A DNA stretch of 35,548 nt from Clostridia bacterium. Lineage in GTDB: Bacteria; Bacillota; Sulfobacillia; RBS10-35; Bu92. The position numbers and the translations under genes are program-made. Shown here piece after piece: positions 26,421 through 35,548 of this stretch. Under the pieces are notes generated by a model. It saw only the letters and a program-made list of their open reading frames with translations. It was not told the origin of the DNA and searched no databases. Each line of letters opens with the position of its first letter. Position 1 is the stretch's first letter. Location of the stretch: contig JADGHN010000002.1 of the NCBI GenBank assembly GCA_019683875.1, forward strand, positions 1 through 35,548, written 5' to 3'.

Positions 26421-27686
26421 ATGGACCGGGAGGAACCGTGTTTGGGTCCTGCATCGCACCCTGAGAATCCGGCTCCGCCCGCCGGAGGAGCCTCCGTGCC
26501 CGGAGTCCCGCCCGTGGACTCGCCCCCTGGACGCGCGCACCGCGGACCGCAGCGCGACTCCCTGGGTCGCGGCGCGCGCTGGCTGGCGTTCGGGTTGGCG
26601 TGCGCGCTCCTGGGCGGCGCCGGCGGGGTCTGGGTCACGCTCGCCATCTGGCCCGGCGCGGCGGCGCTCGGCCGCGGCCCGCAACCGGTGCCCCTCATCT
26701 CGAACGCGGGCTTCGACGACGCGCCGGCCGTCGCCGTCGCAAGAGAAGTGGGGCCGGCCGTCGTCGGCGTCATCAGCCAGGAACGCCAGTCGTCGTTCTG
26801 GGGCTCGGCGGTGGCCACCAGCATCGGCACCGGCGTCACCTTTGACCGCCGGGGCTACATCGTCACGAACGACCACGTCATCGCCGGCGGCAATTTCTTT
26901 CAGGTGGAGCTGCCCGACGGGCAGCGCGTCCCCGCGAGCGTCGTCGGCACCGACCCGCAGACGGACCTCGCCGTGTTGAAGATCGTCCCGCGCGAATCGC
27001 TTCGCGTCGCCGTGTTCGGCGATTCGGACAAGGTGCAGGTCGGCCAGCCCGTCATCGCCATCGGCAACCCGCTCGGCCTCGACTACCAGCGGTCGGTCAC
27101 CGCCGGCGTCGTGAGCGGCATCCGGCCGGCGCTGTACGGCTACACCGGGGACGAGGACGTCGCGTTCGACCCCACCCGCCAGAGGGTGACCCAGCTCATC
27201 CAGACCGATGCGGCGATCAACCAGGGCAACAGCGGCGGGCCGCTCGTGGACGTCTCCGGCCGCGTGATCGGCATCAACACGCTGAAGGGGCCGGCCTCCA
27301 GCACCGTCGAGGGCATCGGCTTCGCGATCCCGTCGAACATCGTCAAGCGCGTGGTGGACGACCTCGTCCGGTACGGCAGCGTGCGGCGCGCGTACCTGGG
27401 CGTCTCGTTCCCCTTCGTGGGGCGCGACCCGCTGACGGGCGATCCGGAGATCTCGCTTCGCGTCACCGACGTCGTCCGCGGCGGACCCGCGGACGTCGCT
27501 GGCATCCGCGTGGGCGACCGCGTCGTCGCCTTTGATGGCCAGCCCGTCAACGACTACATCCACCTGCTGGGGATGCTGGAGATGCACCATCCCGGCGACG
27601 TCGTGGAGGTCGCCCTGCAGCGCAACGGCGCGCAGCGGACGGTGCGCGTGCGCCTCGCGGAGATGAGCCGGGAGGGAACCCCTTGA
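26421..27686 (+). CDS. htrA: HtrA/DegP-family trypsin-like serine protease with PDZ domain
   Basis: Catalytic motifs TNDHVI, DLAVLKI and GNSGGPLVD, with a C-terminal PDZ ([19 protein letters not shown]) and an N-terminal TM anchor. ATG 26421 lacks an SD. In-frame TTG 26442 lies 6 nt after GGGAGGAA and may be the real start. Confidence 0.88.
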   Translation: MDREEPCLGPASHPENPAPPAGGASVPGVPPVDSPPGRAHRGPQRDSLGRGARWLAFGLACALLGGAGGVWVTLAIWPGAAALGRGPQPVPLISNAGFDDAPAVAVAREVGPAVVGVISQERQSSFWGSAVATSIGTGVTFDRRGYIVTNDHVIAGGNFFQVELPDGQRVPASVVGTDPQTDLAVLKIVPRESLRVAVFGDSDKVQVGQPVIAIGNPLGLDYQRSVTAGVVSGIRPALYGYTGDEDVAFDPTRQRVTQLIQTDAAINQGNSGGPLVDVSGRVIGINTLKGPASSTVEGIGFAIPSNIVKRVVDDLVRYGSVRRAYLGVSFPFVGRDPLTGDPEISLRVTDVVRGGPADVAGIRVGDRVVAFDGQPVNDYIHLLGMLEMHHPGDVVEVALQRNGAQRTVRVRLAEMSREGTP

Positions 27687-28264
27687 CGACCCGACAGCGC
27701 ATCCTCGCCGCCGCGGCGGAGGTCTTCGCGGCGGAAGGGTACTTCCGCGCGACCATGGACGACATCGCCCGGCGCGCCGGCCTTTCGAAGGGCGCCCTGT
27801 ACTTCCACTTTCCTTCGAAGGAAGAGCTGTTCCTGTCCTTGATGGACCACATGGCGCAGCTTTTGTGGGACGCCGTGGGCGAAGCGCTCGGCTCCGCGCG
27901 CGGGGCTTCGGCCCGCATCGCCGCGGCGCTTCGCGCTGCGCTGGGCGTCTTCGAGCGGCACCCGGAGCTGACGCGCGTGACCGTCGTGCAGGGGGCCACG
28001 GCCGGGGACACGGCGTTGGCCCGCCAACAGGCGCTGCGCGACGCCTTCGAGGACGTGATCGCCCGCTACGTGGAGGAACTTGTGGCGGACGGCGACGCCC
28101 CGCCGCAGGACGCGCGGCTCACCGCGCTCGCGCTCTTCGGCTCCGTGTGGGCGGTCGTGTCGGAGTGGGCCACGCGGCCCGCGCCGCGGCCGCTGGCCGC
28201 GATGGCGGACGGCATCATCACGTACAACCTGCGGGGCATCGGCGTCCGGCTGGGTCAGGATTGA
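27683..28264 (+). CDS. TetR/AcrR-family transcriptional regulator
   Basis: TTG 27683 overlaps the htrA stop (TTGA). The HTH region [45 protein letters not shown] is canonical TetR_N. Confidence 0.88.
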   Translation: MTTRQRILAAAAEVFAAEGYFRATMDDIARRAGLSKGALYFHFPSKEELFLSLMDHMAQLLWDAVGEALGSARGASARIAAALRAALGVFERHPELTRVTVVQGATAGDTALARQQALRDAFEDVIARYVEELVADGDAPPQDARLTALALFGSVWAVVSEWATRPAPRPLAAMADGIITYNLRGIGVRLGQD

Positions 28265-28267
28265 GCC

Positions 28268-28954
28268 ATGGGACCGCTTGTGCTTGTCGTCGACGACGAC
28301 GACCACATCCGCGAGCTCGTCCGGCTGGCGCTTGAGAAGCGCGGCTTCCGCGTGGAACAGGCCGCGGACGGCGCGGAGGCGCTCGACCGTTTCGCCGTCC
28401 TGTCGCCCGACCTCGTCATCCTCGACCTCATGCTGCCAAAGATCAACGGTTGGGACGTCTGCCGCCGCATTCGCGAGCAGTCGCGCGTCCCCATCCTCAT
28501 GCTGACGGCGCGCGGCGAGGAGGACGACGAGATCCGGGGTCTGGAGCTGGGCGCCGACGACTACGTCACCAAACCGTTCAGCCCGCGGCAGCTGGCGGCC
28601 CGGGTGCAGGCGCTCCTTCGCCGCGTGGGAACGGAGACGGGCGTCACGTTGCGGTACCCGGGGCTCGTCATCGACACGGCGGCTTACCGCGTGCAGGTCG
28701 ACGGCGCGGACGTGCAGCTGGCGCCGCGGGAGTTCGAACTCCTGGCTTTCATGGCGCGCCATCCCGGCCAGGTCTTCACCCGCGACCAGCTCCTCGACCG
28801 GGTCTGGGGCTGGGACTACGAAGGCGACGCCCGCACGGTGGACGAGCACGTCAAGCGGCTCCGCCAAAAGACGGCCGGGCGGCAGAACCACCGTTTCATC
28901 GAGACCGTGTGGGGCGTGGGCTACCGGTTTTCGCCGGAAGGGCGAGAGCCGTGA
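28268..28954 (+). CDS. OmpR/PhoB-family response regulator
   Basis: Canonical receiver (VLVVDDDD, DLVILDLMLP, ILMLTA, DDYVTKPF) plus a winged-helix output (LAPREFELLAFMARHPGQVFTRDQLL...VWGVGYRF). Confidence 0.93.
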   Translation: MGPLVLVVDDDDHIRELVRLALEKRGFRVEQAADGAEALDRFAVLSPDLVILDLMLPKINGWDVCRRIREQSRVPILMLTARGEEDDEIRGLELGADDYVTKPFSPRQLAARVQALLRRVGTETGVTLRYPGLVIDTAAYRVQVDGADVQLAPREFELLAFMARHPGQVFTRDQLLDRVWGWDYEGDARTVDEHVKRLRQKTAGRQNHRFIETVWGVGYRFSPEGREP

Positions 28955-30414
28955 AGTGGTGGCCAAGCCGCCTCTACGGCCGCCTGTTGCTCTCGTACCT
29001 CGCCGCCTGCGTGCTGACGCTGCTCGTGGCGTCGCTGGCGCTCACGTACTTCTACCAATCCTACCTCATCAGCTCGGAGCAGCAGGAGCTTCTGCGCGAC
29101 GGCCGCAACATCGCCCGGCTCGTCCAGGTCTCGCTCTTGAGCGGAAGCTCGCCCGAGTCGCTCAGCAGCATGCTTGAGGTGGTCGGGCCGTTCGTGCCGT
29201 CGCAGCCGATCGTCATCAACCGCGTCGGCGTCGTGCTGGCGGCGACGCCCGCAGGCAAGGACCTTGTGGGCGTCCGCCTCACGCGCGACGCCGTGGAGCA
29301 GGTGCTGCGCGGCCGCACCGTGATGGGCTGGGGGCAGAGCTTCGGCCTGTCGACGCCGTCCATCGCCGTCGCCGTGCCGGTGACGGTCGGGCGCGAGACG
29401 CTGGGCGCCGTGATCCTTCACCGGCCGCTCGTGGACATCCAGGCGACGGTGCGCGACGCCCGGCGTCGCCTCATCTGGGCCCTCGCGATCGCGCTCGCGA
29501 TCTCGGCCGCGCTGGCGGCGGCCTTCTCGCGAAGCGTCGGGCGGCCGCTCGAACGCATGGCGCAGGCGGCCGGGAGGCTGGCGCAGGGGGATCTCGACGA
29601 GCGGGTCGCCGTGGAGGGGCCGGAGGAACTTCAGCAGCTGGCCCGCGCCTTCAACCACGCGGCGGAGGCGATCGGCCGCACGTTCGAGGAACAGCGCCGG
29701 CTGGAGCGCATGCGGCGGGAGTTCGTCGCGAACGTCTCGCACGAGTTCCGCGCGCCCCTTGCCTCGCTGGCAGGCTTCATCGAACTGCTCGAAGACGGGA
29801 CGATTCCCCCGGACCAGGCCGCCCGGTATCTGGAGCTGATGCGCCAGGACACGGAGCGGCTGTCCCGCCTCGTCGCCGACCTCCTCGACCTTTCGCGCCT
29901 CGACGCCGGCAAGGTCACGATCCGGCCGGAGTTCGTCTCCGCCGTCGACGCGGCCCGCCGCGCGGTGCTCGGCGTGGAACCCCGCGCGACGTCCCTCGGC
30001 GTGACGGTCGAGGTCGCTGCCGAGGGCTCCCCGACCGTGTACGCCGACCCGGAACGACTGCAGCAGATCCTCACGAATCTCCTCGACAACGCCGTGGACC
30101 ACACGGACGACGGCGGCCGCGTCGAGCTTCGCGTGCGCGGCGACGCGGACTGGGTGCGCTTCGAGGTGATCGACACGGGAGAGGGCATCCCGGAGGAGGA
30201 GCTGGACCTCATTTGGGAGCGCTTCCACCGCGTGGACCGATCCCGCGTGCGCTCCAAACGGCAGCGCGGCGGGACGGGCCTGGGGCTGTCCATCGTCCGG
30301 CAGCTCGTCGAGCTGCACGGCGGCCAGGTCGGCGTGGAGAGCCGGCTGGGGGAGGGCTCCCGCTTCTGGTTCACCCTGCCGTCCTCGCCGGCATCCCTGC
30401 CCGCCTCGGTGTAA
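28951..30414 (+). CDS. sensor histidine kinase (two TM, extracytoplasmic sensor, HAMP, HisKA, HATPase_c)
   Basis: GTG 28951 overlaps the RR stop (GTGA). H-box SHEFRAPL, N-box LLDNAVDHT, G1 DTGEGI, G2 GGTGLGLSIV. Confidence 0.9.
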   Translation: MKWWPSRLYGRLLLSYLAACVLTLLVASLALTYFYQSYLISSEQQELLRDGRNIARLVQVSLLSGSSPESLSSMLEVVGPFVPSQPIVINRVGVVLAATPAGKDLVGVRLTRDAVEQVLRGRTVMGWGQSFGLSTPSIAVAVPVTVGRETLGAVILHRPLVDIQATVRDARRRLIWALAIALAISAALAAAFSRSVGRPLERMAQAAGRLAQGDLDERVAVEGPEELQQLARAFNHAAEAIGRTFEEQRRLERMRREFVANVSHEFRAPLASLAGFIELLEDGTIPPDQAARYLELMRQDTERLSRLVADLLDLSRLDAGKVTIRPEFVSAVDAARRAVLGVEPRATSLGVTVEVAAEGSPTVYADPERLQQILTNLLDNAVDHTDDGGRVELRVRGDADWVRFEVIDTGEGIPEEELDLIWERFHRVDRSRVRSKRQRGGTGLGLSIVRQLVELHGGQVGVESRLGEGSRFWFTLPSSPASLPASV

Positions 30415-30459
30415 ACAATGCGCCCCCGCCTCACGAAAACGGGGTAGGGAGGCGCAGCC

Positions 30460-31932
30460 ATGTCATCGCTGGGACCCCAGTTGGGCATCAGCGGCATCGC
30501 CACGGGAATCGACACCTCGTCGCTCATCGACAAGATCATCGCCTTTGAAAGCCAGCCCCTGAACCTGCTCAACAGCCAGATCAATGCCCTGAAGCAGCAG
30601 GAGAACGCGTGGAACCCGCTGCGCGGCCTGTTCCAGGCGCTCCACGACGCGGCGGACGCGCTGACCGGGGACACGGCGTGGGATCCCCAGCAGGTCGCCG
30701 TTTCGGATGCCGCGGTCCTCGACGCGACCGCAGGCGACGGCGCCACCGCAGGGACCTACACCATCCAGGCCGACCAGGCGTACCTGGCGCAACAGGGCAT
30801 CACCGACCCGATGGCTCGCGCGGAGCAGGACGTGTCCACGACCGCCTCGATCACCGACCCGAACGCGGCCCTCGGCTACACCGGCACGTTCACGCTGAAC
30901 GGGACGACGTTCACGCTGAACGGCTCCGAGGGGCTGAACCAGATCGCGGCGATCATCAACGACCAGACGGCGACGACGCACGTGAAGGCCAGCGTGCTGC
31001 AGGTCTACGACGCGACCACCGGGACGACGCACATGGCGCTGCAACTGCTGTCGACGAAGACGGGCGCGGCGAACGCCATCACCTACGGTGACCAGACGTC
31101 GTCGACGACCGGCGGCGTTTCCCTGTTCGTCGATCTCGGCATCCTCGCCTCGACGACGGACACCCGCGCGCAGGCCTCCGCCGTGAAGCAGCGCGCGCAG
31201 GACGCGCACTTCGTGATCAACGGCGTCGCCATGGTCTCCGATTCGAACACGATCACCGGCGCCATCCCCGGCGTCACGATCACGTTGAAGAACCTCAAGC
31301 AGAACGACCAGGTGACGCTCACGCTCACGCCGGACGAATCCGCGGTGGAACGCAACGTCCAGAAGTTCGTCGACGCGTTCAACAACCTCGTGAAGACGAT
31401 CCGGACGGACACCAAGTACGACCCGCAGACGAAGCAGGGCGGCCCGCTGCTCGGCAACATGGACCTGCTGCTCGGCCAGAGCCGGCTGAGCGACGACGTC
31501 CAGGCGTGGGTGAGCGCGGCCGGCACGTTCCAGACGCTGGCGCAGATCGGGATCACGCAGTCGGTCGACGGCACGCTGCAGTTGGATACGGCCAAGTTCC
31601 GCGACGCCTGGAACCAGGATCCCGCGTCGGTGAAAGCCCTCTTCGCCACCGCAGGCACCGGCGTGGCCGCGAGGATCGTCGACGACACGGACGCGTGGCT
31701 GAAGACGGGCGGCATCCTGGACGCGGCCGCGAAGTCCTGGGACGGCCGCATCAAGGCGCTGCAGGACCGTGCCGACTCGATGCGGGAGTTCCTGCAGCGG
31801 CGGGAGCAGATGCTGCGCGACCAGTTCAACCGGATGGAGGAGGCCATCAGCCGCTTGCAGAGCCAGGCCCAGTCGCTGGGCATGGCGCTCAGCGCGCTGT
31901 TCATGCAGCAGTCGGGTCAGTCGAACGGCTGA
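30460..31932 (+). CDS. fliD: flagellar filament cap protein FliD (hook-associated protein 2)
   Basis: ATG, 7 nt after GGGAGG. N-terminus ISGIATGIDTSSLIDKIIAFESQPLNLLNSQ and the C-terminal coiled coil (LQRREQMLRDQFNRMEEAISRLQSQ) are typical of FliD. Confidence 0.9.
   Translation: MSSLGPQLGISGIATGIDTSSLIDKIIAFESQPLNLLNSQINALKQQENAWNPLRGLFQALHDAADALTGDTAWDPQQVAVSDAAVLDATAGDGATAGTYTIQADQAYLAQQGITDPMARAEQDVSTTASITDPNAALGYTGTFTLNGTTFTLNGSEGLNQIAAIINDQTATTHVKASVLQVYDATTGTTHMALQLLSTKTGAANAITYGDQTSSTTGGVSLFVDLGILASTTDTRAQASAVKQRAQDAHFVINGVAMVSDSNTITGAIPGVTITLKNLKQNDQVTLTLTPDESAVERNVQKFVDAFNNLVKTIRTDTKYDPQTKQGGPLLGNMDLLLGQSRLSDDVQAWVSAAGTFQTLAQIGITQSVDGTLQLDTAKFRDAWNQDPASVKALFATAGTGVAARIVDDTDAWLKTGGILDAAAKSWDGRIKALQDRADSMREFLQRREQMLRDQFNRMEEAISRLQSQAQSLGMALSALFMQQSGQSNG
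30886..30923 (+). repeat. 17-nt perfect direct repeat with 21-nt period inside fliD
   Basis: ACGTTCACGCTGAACGG occurs at 30886-30902 and 30907-30923, encoding TFTLNG twice in frame. Confidence 0.9.
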
Positions 31933-31960
31933 CCCCGCTCCGTCGGAAGGAGGGAACGAT

Positions 31961-32284
31961 GTGGCCATTCGACCGCCGTCCGGTCCCGCATGGGATCCCG
32001 CGCCGGACGTTGCGGCCGGCCCCGCAGGCGGCTCGCCTTCCCGAGAGGTCGGAGCGGTGGCCGCGGCAAGGGAGGCGTTGGCGCAGCATCTGGCGCACCT
32101 GCCGGTGATCGTCGGCGTGAGTTACGACCCCAACATGGGCCGTCCCGTCATCGTCGTCCGCGAAGTGTCGACGGGGCGCGTCGTCGCCCAGATTCCCCCC
32201 GACACGGCGACCGCCCGCCTCCACGACTGGGAACGCGAGGTCCGCAAAGCTCTGGCTGACGGAAAGGATGAGATCCGTGCTTGA
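31961..32284 (+). CDS. flaG: FlaG-family flagellar protein
   Basis: In-frame GTG 31961 after GGAAGGAGGGAA (31947-31958). The C-terminal VSYDPNMGRPVIVVREVSTGRVVAQIPPD matches the FlaG signature (tgr-vvkv-D-tgevirqiP). Confidence 0.65.
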   Translation: MAIRPPSGPAWDPAPDVAAGPAGGSPSREVGAVAAAREALAQHLAHLPVIVGVSYDPNMGRPVIVVREVSTGRVVAQIPPDTATARLHDWEREVRKALADGKDEIRA

Positions 32285-32684
32285 GACGTCGATCCAAGCC
32301 TATCGGGCAAGCCTCGTTCAGTCGGCGTCCCCCGTCGCGTTGATCGACATGCTCCTGCGGAGGGCCGTCGCCGAGACCCGCGCGGGCGTCGCCGACCTGG
32401 AGGCCGGGCGGCGGGACGCGGCACGGGACCGGCTCCTGCGCGCGCAGGACGTCGTGCAGGCGCTGCGCGCGGCGCTCAACCGCGAGGCCGCGCCCGACCT
32501 GGCGTCGCGGCTCGAAGCCCTGTACGACTTCGCCTACTGGCGGCTGGTGCGCGCCAACATCGACGCGGACGCGGAGGCGGGCCGCGCGGCGCTCGAGGCG
32601 CTCGAGCCGATCCGCGACGCCTGGGCGGCGGCCTTCGGCCCGGCGGCGCGGGCGGGCGACGCCGGCATGGCGGTCCATGGCTGA
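32277..32684 (+). CDS. fliS: flagellar export chaperone FliS
   Basis: GTG 32277 lies 8 nt after GGAAAGGA; ATG 32268 in the same frame abuts the SD. It overlaps the flaG stop. The four-helix pattern (YR...SPVALIDMLLRRAV..., AQDVVQALRAALN, LYDFAYWRLVRAN) is typical of FliS. Confidence 0.85.
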   Translation: MLETSIQAYRASLVQSASPVALIDMLLRRAVAETRAGVADLEAGRRDAARDRLLRAQDVVQALRAALNREAAPDLASRLEALYDFAYWRLVRANIDADAEAGRAALEALEPIRDAWAAAFGPAARAGDAGMAVHG

Positions 32685-32997
32685 GTCCCTGGCGCGGCGC
32701 TGGTTGGCGGTGGAGGAGGAACTCGCCCGCTGCCTGGAACGGCGCGATCTGGCCGGCGCGGCGGCGCTCGTCGACCACCTGAGCGTCTTGCAGGTGGAGC
32801 TTGAAGCCCTGTCACCCGGCGCTGACGCGGAGGCGGCACGCCTGTGGACGGCCGTCAAGGCCGCTCACGAGGCGAACGTCGCCCGGTTTCGCGCGTGGCA
32901 GGGGGAGGTCGCCGCCGAGCTGGACCGGGCCGCCGCGGCGCGCGAGGCGCTGGCGGCGCCGCCGGGTGAGGGCCGGTGGCTCGACCGCTCCGGCTGA
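32677..32997 (+). CDS. small helical protein, possible FliT-like flagellar chaperone
   Basis: The ATG overlaps the fliS stop (ATGGCTGA). It is a 106-aa all-helical Ala/Glu/Arg-rich protein in the position occupied by fliT in Bacillus-type loci. No sequence signature is recognised. Confidence 0.4.
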   Translation: MAESLARRWLAVEEELARCLERRDLAGAAALVDHLSVLQVELEALSPGADAEAARLWTAVKAAHEANVARFRAWQGEVAAELDRAAAAREALAAPPGEGRWLDRSG

Positions 32998-33003
32998 GGG
33001 CGC

Positions 33004-34308
33004 TCACGACCGGAGCACGGTCTTGTCCGCCGGGGCTCTTGGACGCTCGAAGCGCGCCCGTTTGACGCGGCTCGGGCGCGACCGCCCTCCTTCGCCCGTT
33101 TCGGGCGGCAACATCTTCTCCTTGTCGATCCAAAGGAGGCTCATGACCAGGGCGACGGCCGACAGTGCGGCGGCGCCGAGGAACGTGACGCTCCTTCCCC
33201 AGTCGACGACCACGCTGAACACGGGCGGCCCGGCGGCGGCGCCGACGAAGCGCACCGTGCCGTAGAGGGAGGTGACGGTGCCGCGCTGGGCGCTGCCGGT
33301 GGCGCTCGTGATCATCGTGTTCAGGGCGGGCAGGATGAGGCCGTTGCCGAGCCCCATGAGCGCGATCGACGCCGTCAGAAGGTAGAGATCGCGGAAGAAG
33401 ACGTACATGCCCACGAACGCCAAGGCGACGAGACCGAGGCCCACGGCCACGACGACCTTCGCCCACCGTGCGAGGTGCCGCTGCAGTACGGTGCCGGACA
33501 CGTATGACGTCGCGGCCATGACCGCCACCGGTATGGCGATGACGAGCCCCTTCACGAACCCGACGATCCCGTAGGGCTGCTCGAGGAGGTCCGAATAGTC
33601 GCTCAGCACCCCGAAGAGGAAGAAGATGGCCAGGGAGCCGGCGAGGAAGGCCACGGACAGGGACACGCCCTTGGACGACCACGTGTCCTTGAGATTCTGA
33701 AGGTTTTGCCGCAGCGGTTGGCGGGCGCGCTCGCCGCGCGGCGGTTCCTCGACCCAGAACCAGACGGCCAGTGCCGCCAGCCAGGCGAGGACAGGGTACA
33801 CGAAGAAGGCGGCGTACCACACGATCAGCGCGGCCGCGGCGCCGATGATCGGGCTCAGCACCTTGCCCAGGCCGTTCGACGCTTCGAGCGCCCCGAGCGC
33901 CTTCGTTCGCTGCCGGCCCCGGATCAGGTCGCCGACGAGCGCCATCGCGACCTGATACAGGCCGCCGCCGCCGATGCCCTGCAGCACGCGGCCCGCCAGG
34001 ATCCAGGGGTACGGATGGGCCGAGACGAGCGGCGCGACGCCTCCGATGCCGCCGCCCAGTCCGAACAGGAACAGCGCAGGCACGATGATCGCCTTGCGGC
34101 CCCAGCGATCCGAGAGGTAGCCCCCGACCGGGATGACGAGCGCCGCGGCGATGGAAAACGCGGTGATGAGCAGGCCGATGCGGAACAGGCTCACGTTCAG
34201 CGCTCGCTGCATCGCCGGGAGCACCGGAATGAGCATGGAATTCGAGAGGACCATCACAAAGGGAACGGACGCGATCGCCACGAAGGACAGGACGGACAGG
34301 CGCTTCAA
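33004..34308 (-). CDS. MFS transporter (drug/H+ antiporter-like)
   Basis: ORF 33004..34965, with the start moved to TTG 34308, 7 nt after GGAGAGGAG. MFS motif A GGYLSDRWGRKAII. About 12 TM helices. Confidence 0.85.
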   Translation of the reverse strand: MKRLSVLSFVAIASVPFVMVLSNSMLIPVLPAMQRALNVSLFRIGLLITAFSIAAALVIPVGGYLSDRWGRKAIIVPALFLFGLGGGIGGVAPLVSAHPYPWILAGRVLQGIGGGGLYQVAMALVGDLIRGRQRTKALGALEASNGLGKVLSPIIGAAAALIVWYAAFFVYPVLAWLAALAVWFWVEEPPRGERARQPLRQNLQNLKDTWSSKGVSLSVAFLAGSLAIFFLFGVLSDYSDLLEQPYGIVGFVKGLVIAIPVAVMAATSYVSGTVLQRHLARWAKVVVAVGLGLVALAFVGMYVFFRDLYLLTASIALMGLGNGLILPALNTMITSATGSAQRGTVTSLYGTVRFVGAAAGPPVFSVVVDWGRSVTFLGAAALSAVALVMSLLWIDKEKMLPPETGEGGRSRPSRVKRARFERPRAPADKTVLRS

Positions 34309-34395
34309 GACGGGACTCCTCTCCGCGCTTGCAACGGTAGTAACATGAGCGCGATGGCGAGCCGCTATGCGCCGAGAAGGATCAGGGGACGGGCC

Positions 34396-35145
34396 ATGAC
34401 CGCGCGACGCGCCTTCGGACTTTTGGCGGCGACGCTGGCGCTGATCGGCGCGTTTCTCCTGTTGCGAAGCCCGGCCCTCCTCGTCACGCACGTGCAGGTG
34501 AGCGGCCTCTCGGAGCTGACCGCGGAGCAGGTCGTGTCCGAGGCGGCCATCCGGCATCAGGTGCCGCTTTGGAAGATCCGGGCCGGCGACGTCGCCGCGC
34601 GCCTGCTTGAAGACCCGATGATCGCGTCCGTGCGCGTCGTCAAGCGCTGGCCGGACACGTTGAAGATCGAGATCGTGGAGCGCCAGCCGGTGGCGGAAGT
34701 GATCCTGCCGTCCGGACAGGTGGCGGAGGTGGACGCGTCGGGCGCCGTGATGCGCGTGGGGCGAGGGGTCGACGCCCGGCTGCCGCTGGTCACGGGTGCG
34801 CGCGAGGACCTGCGCCCGCGCGCCATCGTCCAGTCGGCGGGCCTCTCCAGGGCCGTCCAAGTCGCCGCCGCCGCGCGCTCGTTCCCGGAGATCGACGTCG
34901 CGGAGATCCACATCGAGGCCGACACCTCGATCGTCCTCTACCTGGCGGACCGCACGCCGGTGCAACTCGGCCTTGTCCCCGACGCCAAGCGGCAGCTGTC
35001 GGTCCTCTCCGGCCTTCTGAGCGCGATGAAGCAGCAGGGCACGCAGGCGCTCTACATCAGCGTCGTGGACCCGGATGAACCCGTCGTGCGGCCGGTCGAT
35101 CCACAGGACGACCTCCCGCCCCCTCCCGCCGTCGACGGCGGATGA
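34396..35145 (+). CDS. ftsQ: cell division protein FtsQ/DivIB (POTRA domain)
   Basis: ATG 34396, 6 nt after CAGGGGA; ATG 34345 in frame is an alternative. A TM anchor is followed by a POTRA-like segment (VTHVQVSGLSELTAEQV...VRVVKRWPDTLKIEIVERQPVA). Confidence 0.8.
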   Translation: MTARRAFGLLAATLALIGAFLLLRSPALLVTHVQVSGLSELTAEQVVSEAAIRHQVPLWKIRAGDVAARLLEDPMIASVRVVKRWPDTLKIEIVERQPVAEVILPSGQVAEVDASGAVMRVGRGVDARLPLVTGAREDLRPRAIVQSAGLSRAVQVAAAARSFPEIDVAEIHIEADTSIVLYLADRTPVQLGLVPDAKRQLSVLSGLLSAMKQQGTQALYISVVDPDEPVVRPVDPQDDLPPPPAVDGG

Positions 35146-35222
35146 GCGGCAGCGCGCCGGCGCAGAAGGGATCGGGAGCGGGTGCGCGGAACAAGGCCAC
35201 GTCTCGCATTGGGGGGCGAACT

Positions 35223-35548
35223 GTGCAGGACGTGAATGGAACCCCGTGGGTCGCCGCCGTGGACCTGGGCACGACGAAGACGCTGGCCCTGGTGGCGGAG
35301 CGGCACCGTTCGGGCGTCCGGCTCGCCGGCCACGGACAAGCCACGACCCGCGGCCTGCGCAAGGGGCAGGCGACGGACGCGGAGACCGTCGCCCGGAGCA
35401 TCCGGCTGGCCGTGGAACGCGCCTGCGCGGGTGTGGCGGCGGCGCCGCCCGTATGGCTGGGCGTCGCCGGAGCGGACGTCCATGCGGAGGTCGCCGAGGT
35501 CGCCGTTCCGCTCCCCGAGGGACGGGTGCGCCGGGAGGACGTCCGGGC
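35223..35548 (+). CDS. ftsA: cell division protein FtsA, 3' end outside window
   Basis: GTG 35223 after a GGGGGG run. My translation reads VQDVNGTPWVAAVDLGTTKTLALVAE...GHGQATTRGLRKGQATDAETVARSIRLAVERA, which matches the FtsA actin-like phosphate-1 region. The frame is open to the window end and follows ftsQ. Confidence 0.8.
   Translation, partial: MQDVNGTPWVAAVDLGTTKTLALVAERHRSGVRLAGHGQATTRGLRKGQATDAETVARSIRLAVERACAGVAAAPPVWLGVAGADVHAEVAEVAVPLPEGRVRREDVR

Noticed and set aside
26389-26421. TTCG-loop hairpin (26390-26405) plus TACAAT (26406-26411), suggesting a leaderless htrA mRNA starting at ATG 26421.
   Set aside because: There is no acceptable -35. The hairpin has only 6 bp and no T-run. 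An in-frame TTG at 26442 with a strong, well-spaced SD (GGGAGGAA) explains translation initiation more simply.
31959-32108. ATG 31959 ORF (MWPFDRRPVPHG...) just after fliD as the real gene.
   Set aside because: The product is Arg/Pro-rich with no signature. The overlapping frame starting at GTG 31961 behind the same SD yields the FlaG signature, so that frame was chosen.

Overview
The window is very GC-rich (about 70% by eye, not computed), densely coding chromosomal DNA. Gene content looks Firmicutes-like (DivIVA, DivIB/FtsQ-FtsA, flaG/fliD/fliS, a desulfurase-thiI pair, QcrA/B-type bc complex). That fits a high-GC thermophilic lineage such as Symbiobacterium, Thermaerobacter or Limnochordia, but this is inference only. 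I support about 38 CDS. In order they are:
- a partial unknown ORF and a large secreted lipase-like/PKD protein
- an mdh, malic enzyme, sucC, sucD, ccmA, ccmB, ccmC, ccmD string
- a Rieske protein plus a fused cytochrome b6/subunit IV/cytochrome c
- ccmE on the opposite strand
- a patatin-like lipase, an O-antigen-ligase-family protein and a small membrane protein
- a NitT/TauT-type ABC importer and a short SBP-like orphan
- a pseudo-receiver/ParA-like ATPase plus DivIVA
- cysteine desulfurase plus thiI, an amidohydrolase, an M20 peptidase and an SH3 protein
- htrA-tetR-RR-HK, then fliD-flaG-fliS plus a small helical ORF
- an MFS transporter and ftsQ-ftsA (3' partial)

Many starts were moved from the ORF-track start to in-frame codons with a properly spaced Shine-Dalgarno (SD). 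I found no rRNA, tRNA, CRISPR array, transposase, integrase or recognisable defence genes. No clear-cut novel system is evident. The best candidates are a variant (CxxxY CcmE) System I cytochrome c maturation set wrapped around a two-gene bc complex, and a degenerate-receiver ParA/CpaE-like ATPase paired with DivIVA. The many long antisense or alternate-frame ORFs are treated as GC artefacts.
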